64,000 bases of DNA, from NCBI GenBank assembly GCA_000934665.2, contig KZ537978.1, positions 62,001 through 126,000 of the forward strand, read 5' to 3'. Under the pieces are notes generated by a model that was not told the DNA's origin, did no database searches, and saw only the letters and a program-made list of their open reading frames with translations. The position numbers and the translations under genes are program-made. Position 1 is the first letter of the stretch. Each line of letters opens with the position of its first letter. Below are positions 15,301 through 23,500 of this stretch, in pieces. Source of the DNA: Catajapyx aquilonaris (taxonomy: Eukaryota).

Positions 15301-16704
15301 GGAGCCAAAAACATTCTCGATCGACTTCAGGTACTCTATTTCAGAGTTTTCATGCTGAAGCTGCTGCCATCCTGCTGATTTCAATTTTATAGATCTGAAC
15401 GAAGTTCCTTCCACCAGTTCTGTATCTCTTCAATCGGCTTCAGCTTTAAGTTCAGGTAGTAAGCAGGGATTCATAAGTTGCAGTTGCAAAAAGTACTGCA
15501 CTGCTAAGAAATGTAAATGTCGATCAAGCAACTCCCAATTCTAAGGGTCATTCGAACAGTGCACACTGCCTGCAAGAACAAATACACTAATAATTGAAGG
15601 ATAACAGTGCCTGGAAGATGATGTTAGTAATAAATATTTGGAGGTAATAGTTCCTGGAAAATAAACAGCATCATCAAATGTTAAGTATTTCAACAATTTG
15701 ACAAACAACAATAGGGTGATTTATTTCCAGCATCTACATGGCATAGTGGGAAAGAAGAAACTGCCACAGCGAGTTATGGGCGTCTTCTAAACCAGCCATC
15801 CCGACACGAAATTGGCGTCCTGACGTGTAAGTTTTGCCCAGGACAGCATTCTGGCATTTTTAAAAGAGCATTTCGGGGTCTGGCCGTTTCATTAAAACGT
15901 CCATTCTGCAGAATGGATGGTTTGACAGGAGCATTCTGCAGAATGCTCCATCCATTTTGTGGAATGGATGGTTTGCATAGAGCATTCTGCAGTATGGACG
16001 TTTTTTTCCGCCCAATGGCCGTTTTTGGGGTTTGAGCCTAACATATATCAATCTTCATTATTGTCATCCTTCACGGCATTTTCCCAAAAATATTTGGAGT
16101 TGCCAGCATATGATGAGGAGGAGGTCCTCTCTACCATCGTATGACCAAATACAAAAATTCTGGAGCCTGGTCAGGTACTCGCAAAAATGGGGGGAGGGGG
16201 AGGAGGAATACAAGAAAGTGCAGACTAGACAGGCTAGGCTGAGTTGTTGACATCGGATGTGTCCCTGAAGACGTCTAACATTATTCAGTACCTGGTAATT
16301 TTAGAGTTTGAGGTTTAGTAACAATATTGAAATATTTTTTTTGCAAGAACATAGGAAAATCATTCACATTTTAACCACATATCTATGGGGTAAAGATAGG
16401 CTTTGCATGATTGGAAGCACTAGGACATTTACCCAAGTATTGAAATGTTCCCTTTATCTTCAGTTCACCCTCTCGAAGTTCGTCTCGCTGCGCCTTCTCT
16501 AGTCAGTTGCCCCCTCCACCTCCTCCCACCTCCTCCCCTGCCACACCCACTCCCCAAGCTGGGCACCCTTCTCCCTCCCGTAAACCCCCACAGCCTCCTC
16601 CAAAACCCAATCGAACCTTTGGTAGTCGTGATGGCCTCAACTCGACACAAGAGAAGCCAAAAGAAGTGGACAACTCCATCTGGTATGAGTATGGCTGCGT
16701 GTAA
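68..16704 (+). CDS. Girdin: Girdin/Daple (CCDC88 family) coiled-coil protein, 5'-partial; join(68..373,440..757,1973..2125,2516..2782,3469..3594,3924..4504,5584..5787,5980..6241,7367..7627,7708..8069,9517..9810,10001..10093,11393..11465,11529..11670,12030..12162,12796..13030,13356..13468,13547..13657,16464..16704)
   Basis: 19 GT-AG exons read by hand, all phases compatible, total 4275 nt = 1424 aa + TAA. CCDC88-type motifs: DARAAKAYRDELD, DFYKARVEELREDN, LLTQTLEDKEHFH, KLNNLRRQKEKLEEKIMEQYK. Ends with the Daple-type WYEYGCV. Confidence 0.95.
440..757 (+). CDS. Girdin: Girdin/Daple exon (ERDADRDK...RLSLK)
   Basis: ttgcag| acceptor, aag|gtatgt donor. Confidence 0.93.
1527..1896. mobile_element. 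Tc1/mariner-type MITE
   Basis: TA|CAGT...ACTG|TA; ~50 bp TIR cattcataaagaatggtacaactctatggacgaaatgtt / aacatttcgtccatatagagtcataccattctttatgaatg. Confidence 0.85.
1973..2125 (+). CDS. Girdin: Girdin/Daple exon (VTQVQESS...QQEIQ)
   Basis: aatag| acceptor, caa|gtgaga donor; coiled-coil composition. Confidence 0.88.
2516..2782 (+). CDS. Girdin: Girdin/Daple exon (QEKQQLLEL...QDLKK)
   Basis: tttgtag| acceptor, aag|gtaagc donor. Confidence 0.92.
3469..3594 (+). CDS. Girdin: Girdin/Daple exon (TISVFKESCEQHEKLE...KQTCNK), not in ORF track
   Basis: ttttccag| acceptor, aag|gtgtgt donor, 126 nt open in phase 0. Confidence 0.88.
3924..4504 (+). CDS. Girdin: Girdin/Daple exon (LDSLNQEN...SQLQR)
   Basis: tttccag| acceptor, ag|gtaaat donor; three ENQKLQ repeats. 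Confidence 0.94.
5277..5503 (-). mobile_element. tRNA-derived SINE (family A), 3'-truncated
   Basis: Minus-strand A box TGGCGCCGCGG and B box GGTTCAATCC; body homologous to the copy at 6963-7270. Confidence 0.8.
5584..5787 (+). CDS. Girdin: Girdin/Daple exon (LRELEKEN...EQSE)
   Basis: ttttag| acceptor, ga|gtaagt donor, phase 2/2. Confidence 0.93.
5980..6241 (+). CDS. Girdin: Girdin/Daple exon (RFKALE...SESEGE)
   Basis: ctttttcag| acceptor, gag|gttggt donor, phase 2/0. Confidence 0.88.
6963..7270 (+). mobile_element. tRNA-derived SINE (family A), full length
   Basis: A box TGGCGCTGCGG, B box GGTTCGATCC, (TAAA)n/A tail, 11-bp TSD AAAGACTAGTT at 6952-6962 and 7271-7281. Confidence 0.88.
7367..7627 (+). 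CDS. Girdin: Girdin/Daple exon (NAVLQTEN...EKEQ)
   Basis: tttcag| acceptor, cag|gtaggt donor; CCDC88-type LQVENTTLQSQNTSL. Confidence 0.93.
7708..8069 (+). CDS. Girdin: Girdin/Daple exon (LLKQYNSL...KADYR)
   Basis: ataccag| acceptor, ag|gtaagg donor. Confidence 0.92.
9517..9810 (+). CDS. Girdin: Girdin/Daple exon (NLQSDYK...EEKLFA)
   Basis: cctacag| acceptor, gc|gtgagt donor. Confidence 0.94.
10001..10093 (+). CDS. Girdin: Girdin/Daple exon (DKLNNLRRQKEKLEEKIMEQYK...SPKK)
   Basis: tcttttccag| acceptor, aa|gtaagt donor; conserved end of the CCDC88 coiled coil. Confidence 0.94.
10628..10747. mobile_element. Short degenerate MITE / inverted repeat
   Basis: aaggggtggaaattttaatagtggcaacac vs gtgttgcaactacatattaaaattccagcctt. 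Confidence 0.5.
10763..11028. mobile_element. Degenerate MITE-like inverted repeat
   Basis: ccagcatacatgaatg vs cattcatatgttgctgg, plus inner catccagtg / cactggacat. Confidence 0.4.
11393..11465 (+). CDS. Girdin: Girdin/Daple exon (RGFGSTLVRRMRRAGSELMSKVPR)
   Basis: ttttgtag| acceptor, agg|gtgagt donor, phase 2/0; basic segment after the coiled coil. Confidence 0.87.
11529..11670 (+). CDS. Girdin: Girdin/Daple exon (TGRSRSRG...SSPQ)
   Basis: atttacag| acceptor, g|gtattt donor, phase 0/1. Confidence 0.85.
12030..12162 (+). CDS. Girdin: Girdin/Daple exon (DLYAGETPDFSL...EKQFR)
   Basis: ttcctttag| acceptor, ag|gtaaca donor, phase 1/2. Confidence 0.82.
12796..13030 (+). CDS. Girdin: Girdin/Daple exon (ESFSSEDL...GPDPL)
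   Basis: tgtag| acceptor, ttg|gtgagc donor, phase 2/0. Confidence 0.87.
13356..13468 (+). CDS. Girdin: Girdin/Daple exon (RNRVGRASIRSAPE...CSSL)
   Basis: pyrimidine tract + tttag| acceptor, ag|gttggt donor, phase 0/2. Confidence 0.8.
13547..13657 (+). CDS. Girdin: Girdin/Daple exon (ANIVVHVSTP...LNGVV)
   Basis: ctttgcag| acceptor, ag|gtcaga donor, phase 2/2. Confidence 0.8.
14352..16043. mobile_element. Non-autonomous palindromic Ginger2-type DNA transposon
   Basis: TATA|TGTTAGG...CCTAACA|TATA (TGT termini, 4-bp flanking duplication). Long inverted arms carry transposase C-terminal remnants LGTKEGILERLYARKEF and GSKQGFISCSCKKYCTAKKCKCRS (KRBA2/SCAND3-like Cys cluster). Confidence 0.82.
14695..14993. 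mobile_element. MITE nested in the left arm of the Ginger2-type element
   Basis: gattccaatgtcccctaggtccattttt vs aaaatggacttagggggccttggaatc; segment absent from the opposite arm; ends approximate. Confidence 0.7.
16464..16704 (+). CDS. Girdin: Girdin/Daple terminal exon (Pro-rich, ends SIWYEYGCV*)
   Basis: ctttatcttcag| acceptor in phase 2; TAA stop; Daple-type PDZ-binding C-terminus. Confidence 0.94.
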
Positions 16705-16994
16705 GATGTGCAAAATGAGCCTCCCATTTGAAGCTTCTTCATGTAAACAGGACAGATGTCAAATAGGCTCTAACTTGCAGCTACCTTCACCATCAGCTTC
16801 AGTCGAGTCTTCATTGGCATATGCTCTTTTTGGTGAAAACAGCTTCACATATTATCGACAATAAGGGTTAGATTCAGGCATTTAAGACCACTACTATCTT
16901 GCTTTTAAAACCTCCCTGTTTCATCGTTGTTTCAAACTTGTGGTTTTTGGCGTCATGCACAGTTTTATGTGCGGCTTCTGTGTGGGTAGTTTTA

Positions 16995-17178
16995 TTGTTT
17001 GCGCAATTTAAATTGATCCGAGTTGTTACTTAGGGAGGGGGAGTCTACTTGGTTTTATAGGGGATGTAGCATCATTGTGGCCATAAACAACTCCATCCAA
17101 CAATGATGCTACATCCTCGATGAAGTCAAGGGGACTCTTCTTCTTATGAACTTGAGTCAAGTCAAATCGTGTGAACAA
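16995..17178 (+). other. Long imperfect stem-loop in the inferred Girdin 3' UTR
   Basis: Perfect 17-bp core ggatgtagcatcattgt (17062-17078) / acaatgatgctacatcc (17100-17116), extended by many G.U pairs. Confidence 0.65.
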
Positions 17179-17760
17179 GACAAGTTTGTGGTGTGAAAAA
17201 AAAAAAAATTGAGTCTAATGACTTGAAATTGTAACTGTTAACTACATTCCACTGTGCAATATCACCATTATTTTTAGTTACTTGCATTTAAGACGGAAGA
17301 GAGTTTGGAGGCCACCGAGTGTGTATGGAAACGTGGCCTGTTTTATGCACCCATGTGATTATTTTACCTACTTAAACATGTTTACCCTTTTAAAGCAAGG
17401 ACAGTATTAATCTGCATAATAGCCGTTATAAATTAATGTATTTATTTAAAGCACCCAATAATCCCACAAAAAATGAGTGCCATGTTTGATAAGTTGGCTT
17501 AATCTTTGAATGTTGAAAAAAAAGGCCTTGCTTTAACTTTTTTAACCTAAATTCAGGTTTGTAAAAAAAAGGTACTTGCCCATTGTTGCATTTCTCTCCC
17601 CACATTTGCCTTTCTCATGTACAGATTTCATTGTCGACATTATCCATGTCAGCCCTCCAGTACCATTAGAGCTTAGTATTAGGATCAAAAAAGCGAAAAA
17701 AAGAAATAATGTACACAAAGGATATGAAAGCCTTAAAAATCCACGTGCATAAGTCTGACT

Positions 17761-17766
17761 TTTATT
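17761..17766 (-). promoter_or_regulatory. Candidate polyadenylation signal AATAAA of the minus-strand gene
   Basis: tttatt on +; lies ~2.2 kb past the stop, after a tract that is U/G-rich on the minus strand. Confidence 0.4.
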
Positions 17767-18752
17767 CAACCATTATTTGTTTTCCAGTATCACATGCTAC
17801 ATCCAAACCTTGTACATATACAAATTACAGCAATGTGCATTTTACATCGTAGGCGTCACTGGAAGTGACGTGACCTCGTTTAAACTGGTTATAATACCTT
17901 ATATATAAAAAGAATGTTTAGCAAACAGCTTACAAAAGCCGGCAGATTTTTGTACACCTTTGTTATACCATTATTCAAACAACATTTTGCTCACACAGGG
18001 ATTTTCTTGCATGTCCAGCTTTTGCGTAAAGACATAAATGTGAAGACATGAAATGGAGGTTCAAACACGACTTTTTCCTAAAATCATACACAGTGTTAGA
18101 GACAGCAAAACACACAAGAATTGAACGGGAAGCACACTTTTTAGAATGAACATACAAGCTTTGCACAAGAGCTTCAAACAATATACAGGTATGTGTGAAG
18201 CATCTGACTCTCTTAATAATTGCAGATGACTAGTAAGCAACATGGTGGTTCCATGGCTGAAGGTTCTGACTGCAATTTCTGGCCAATTTAAGGTACATGC
18301 ACTGAACTATTGTTGAACACTAATAACTCTCTTTGGTGGAGCCATGTGTAGTGTTTCAACAAGATGTTCAGCATGGCAATAAAACTGCATGGGCCTTCTA
18401 AGAGAGACCTGAGTGGTCCCTGCCGCATTGTATCATAACGTTGGACGCTGACTGGTTACGTATGTCATCCTTGATGAGCTTTGGCCTGATTGAGACTAGT
18501 CAATTAAGTTTCCTTCACATGCATCAGTATGGTATAGTCATGAGAAGCCTCTTTTTTTTCCACCAAGTTAACAACTTAGTTTCAACCAAACAGGTTGCAT
18601 CAAATGTGGGTGATTAACTTTGTTGGATAAGTATCAAGAGAAATAATGTGTTAGAGTGCCCACTGTTAAGTAATACTGTAGTAAGTAACCGGGGCTTTAA
18701 AGAACAAGCATTATTGACGCAATGCTGATTTCATCCTGCTAGGAGAATAATA

Positions 18753-19388
18753 CAGGGTGATTCTCCCAAATGGAAACCCAAACGTTACTCAATAACTTTT
18801 TCACTATGGTATGGTTCCCGATGAAAATTGACATGTACTTACCTCGTACCATGCCAAACAAGGTCTGACTAAAGAATATACCAAATGTGGTCCCCTCAAG
18901 CATCCAACAATTTTTGAATGCGAGTCTGCATATTGCTGAAGACTCCTGCAGATGTGGCTGCGGGGATGGCATCAATCGCGCATCAATCGCGCGCTGTAAG
19001 GCGTCTTTGAGAGCATCAATTGTTCGAGGGTTATTTTTGTATACACAGCCCTTCAACAAACTCCGCGAGAGAGAGAAAAAAAAACCATCATACCCCAACA
19101 CTAATTGGACTGTTCACGTGGCCTTGAGATGCCCTCTCCCAAGCAGGTGTTTCACTCCCACCAAGTCAGTGTCCACATCTGCAGGAGTCTTCCGAAATAT
19201 GCGGACTCACATAAAAAAATCCTTGGATGCTGGAGGGGACCACTTTTGGTATATTCTTTAGTCAGACCTTGTTTGGCATGATACAAGGTAAATACATGAT
19301 TTGTCAATTTTCATCAGGAACCACACCATACTCATAGTCAAAAAGTTAATGAGGAATGTTTGGATTTCCATTCAGGAGAATCACCCTG
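18753..19388. mobile_element. Palindromic Tc1/mariner-derived non-autonomous element
   Basis: TA|CAGGGTGATTCTCC...GGAGAATCACCCTG|TA; ~200 bp arms; transposase C-terminal remnants LKGCVYKNNPRTIDALKDAL (-) and IKKSLDAGGDHF (+). Confidence 0.88.
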
Positions 19389-19976
19389 TATAACAAGGAT
19401 CTTTTAACAATCCAATATCCAATATGCTTAAGAATGTTCCTGAAAAAAAAACTCTGCACAATGCTTGAACTTCAGCTGTGTTCTGAACTAACTGTTCAGT
19501 TACTATAGGAAGCCTCGACTGATCAAGAATTGTCCACATTTCATTTCCAAACTTCTGGGATGGGTGTTATATTTATCTTTGGCTGTAACTAGCAGATGAT
19601 GATGATGATACACCCAATCAATAGATTACAACATTTCATGGACTAGGCAGAGCTGACCAAGAATGACAAACGTCCACTTGCGTTGTTAGTGATGACATGG
19701 CAGGAACTAAGCAAGTCCCTTAGATGGCCTACATGCATTGTGAATGAGTTTTGCCTATCTGAACCCCGCACTATGGGTAACCTCCAAACGGTGGGAATAA
19801 GAAGGTGGGGCCACACATTTCTTTTTGGTTCAATGTACCTGTTAGTATTGTCAAAAAGTGTTGGAAATACTGTCTGTGCATAGCACCAAAACACACGCAA
19901 CAATGGTACCGTATACTATGCGACCATCCCCACCCCAGTGACCCAGCTATACAACAAAACGCAACGATACTGGAGC

Positions 19977-20532
19977 TTACACAATGGGTGAAGAGATGGC
20001 CACAAATGAACTGGATCTCTCCATCCCTGGTGCCAGTGGTGATGGGGGCCTTCTGCCAACAATAGTAGTTGCTGCCGAGCTGCTGTCTTTCCCCATGACA
20101 ACTGCAGTGGGCACTCTCTGTTGCCTGGGGCTTCTGTTGTTGCTCCTCTTTCCCAGTGACTGGGAGCTATACCCACGTCTCTGCAGGTTCAGTGGCGGCA
20201 GATTAGGGTGCTCTATCTGGGTGGGAGATGACACCTGGATCTGCCGGGTACGATGGTGATGCGTGTGGTGGTGGTGTGGGTGATGCACATGATGGTGATG
20301 TCGATGGTGATGATGTGGGCGATCCAATGAGAGCCGGGGGCTCCATGATGAGGTGGATGAAGTGCGTCCCAGGGAGCTGCGACCAACAGCACGTAGAGGG
20401 AAGCTCTCTCCTGTGGGGCTGATCAAGCCACTAGTGCTCATCTGGAGGCGGGACCCTGGAGTGCTGTGGACAGAGGAGCGCTGATTTGAATGTGTCTTGG
20501 TAGACAGGAAGGGTGGCGTGTTCAGGTACAAA
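19977..20532 (-). CDS. Membrane protein terminal exon (LYLNTPPF...His tract...ISSPIV*)
   Basis: ccattcag| acceptor in phase 2; long open frame to TAA. Confidence 0.8.
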
Positions 20533-23500
20533 CTGAATGGATAGTTGCAGAAAGTGGACCACAATCAAATATGTCTGTAACAGAACTTGGGATTCATGTG
20601 TCTATTACAGAATTTTTGCTTGATTCCAGCAGAGAATTTTCATTGTAGATTTGTCGCATACAACAGAAACTTGTGTTCATTATGAGATGATTTTTTTGGA
20701 GTGGGGTGAATATTATGCCATTGACATGTTTAGCTGTAGATATATGGAATACACATTGTTATTTACTGACATACTCTATTGATAATCACTTTGTAGAATG
20801 AGTCAGAAATGTCAAATACACTAAGCCTGCTTTACCATTTGGTAGTCTATGGTGGCATTATCTCACGGGTCTGTTAGGGGCATCCCCCATGCAATAACTT
20901 AGCATTCAGTACCAAAGCAGTTTGGAGGAGGGGATATGGTGTCCGACTGCTAATCGGGAGGTCCTGGGATCAAATCCCGAGGCCGGCAACTCTAACCATG
21001 GTTTTCTGTGGTTTCCCAGGAAAATTCCGGAGTTGTTTCCGTAATTTATAGGCCACAGCCACTTCCTTCCATCCCTATCCTATCCCAAAGAGCACAGTAA
21101 AATGAAAAAGCAAAGAGTTCCAAGCAAAACAAACTTCCCCCCTAAAGAGCCGATGGCTGATAATGGGGTATGAATTATTATAACTTAGCATTCAGTAATG
21201 GTAACATATGAAGAGTCCAAAAGGAAAGTGTCCTAAATCCACACTACTAGCATTGATTTAAGCTCTGCTTTTGGACTCTTCATATGCTCAAACATGGTAA
21301 TATTCTTTGATAATGCTAATTTTTATAATCATTGAATTGATGGAACTTTTATTACAGAACTTTGTCAGGTCATTAGGAAGTCTAAGTAAAAGTTTAGTTT
21401 GATGGATTATCCAAAATGTAAAACTTTCCTAAGAACCTTTCATAACTCGACATGTTTTTAAGGTCCTCTGCAGGCTCCAGTTCAGAAAGTTTGTATTTCC
21501 CTAAGGTGACTTCTGCAAAAGTTAGAGTTGCAGAAAAGCACAAGATCAAAGTTAAATTCAAAGAAAAGGAAATACATAAGAGGAATCTGCAACAACTAAT
21601 AGCTATAGCTAAAAGCCAACAGATGGTAATGAATTTCTGTTCCAACAAATCAACACTACTCTGAGTCTGTGTATCTGCTCAGCACTATATATCTGACATC
21701 CATAGGATGAACCCCAGAGAATGTGGACAGTGTAACATAAGCAGGTTTCTGGTGTACCACCTGTAGCTTCATTATGTAGTTTACATGTTTTCTATATTTG
21801 CAAATCCTCTTCCTAAGGTATCAGATTTGCTTCAAAGCCCCTTCTCTACAAGTGATCCATTCAGTCATGTCCCAACTCCTCCCTTAAAAAAAACAACATT
21901 AAAAACCAACATCTAAAACACTACATGCTCAATAAAAGACACCTAGCAACAACAGCGGAGACACCCCCAGCAGGCGACAACAACAACCGTAGAATTTGGT
22001 TGTGCATATGGAGGAAGGCCCAACAACACCACCATCCAGGCAGGGTACACAACAACGGTCGTATTATTATTTTTAATCATCCCGTTGTTTTTAACACCGA
22101 AGCTGACCTCCTGGTGGCCTCCGCTGCTGTCGCCCCTGAAGACTCGACGCAGCTGTCGTCGGAGTCGACGTACCCCGAGTTCTCAAAGGATCCACCCCCT
22201 CCTTCCATGGGGTCCGAAGCCTGTGCGACGGCCATGGTGGTGGGCTCTGGTGGTTCAGCTGAGTAGTAAGCATGTCCATCCCCCAAGAAATGAAGGCCAG
22301 AAGGCATCATTGGAGGAGGTGCAATGATGCTGTTGGGGGCAGACAGGCAGGTATAACCCACAGATCCATAGTCTGCATAGGCATAGTCTGCCAGAGCATC
22401 ATCCTCAGCCACTTCCTCCTCTTCTGAGTCCGTCTGGAAATAAATCAGAGCAGCACATTCAGTGAATGAAATCATTTTCCCTCGCAGTTACTACTACTGA
22501 GGATGGAAACTCCCCATTACCATACCTTATTCCTTTGCGCCACAGGCTGCAAGTGTGCGATGGTATAGTGATTGGGTGGTGAAGTCCTGATTCCAGCCCA
22601 CAGAGCTCGGGAGGGTCTGGGGGGCAGGGGCAGCGGAAGTGGAGCAAGACTGGGGGGCAGCCCCGGGGCCATTCCCTGCACGATTCCGCAACCTCCTCCC
22701 ACGCTGCTGCTGAGAGGAAGGGTTGGGTACAGCACAGTCTCGCAGCGGTCCCCAGCACCCGATGCCTCTTTGCCCTTCGCCTTCTCCGCCTTGGCCGGCA
22801 CTTCGGTGCCCAAGCCAGCCTTCAGCCTTTGCCTGTGGACACAACAACGGGGACTTGGCAGAGGTCAACAGGGGATCATTTCTCAGAGTTAGTTCTTGGT
22901 TTATTATACCCTTTAGTGCTTGGAAAGAGGGAAGGCTGGATGGCAGGGAATAACAGCTCTCTATTAGGCCGGACGGGAAAAGGTGGCCTGTACGATGGGG
23001 GTTTCTGCCTCATTTGGCTTTTTCCGACCCCTGAGCGAGGTGAGGTGAGCCTTGCCGCAGTTTAGAAACCGAAAAATCGACCCAGCTGAGAAACACGGCC
23101 GGCTCCCAAATGCATCCATGAATAAATTAGGCCCCTAGGCAAGAATTGACCCGGTCACCGGTCCGCTATAAAACCCTGGCCTCACTGGCCTATACCTTCT
23201 TTCTTGAAACGGTTTCGCACTACGAGTATTTTAAAACTGCTCAATCTGATATGTATACTATTCACCTATTATTATTATTATTATTATTATTCTGTTGAAA
23301 TACCGACTTCCTGATGAGACAGTAGAGTATCAGTGCACCAGTGTGACAATATGTGGTAGTCTGTAACAGTAAACTAATCAATCAACCCCATGCAGTTGTG
23401 CAAGTGCAACTGTGCTTACAAACCGCAATATAGGAATTGCTTAGCATATAATTATTTTGAAACGCAGTAATATATTAAAGTGCATGGAACAGTGTTAAAT

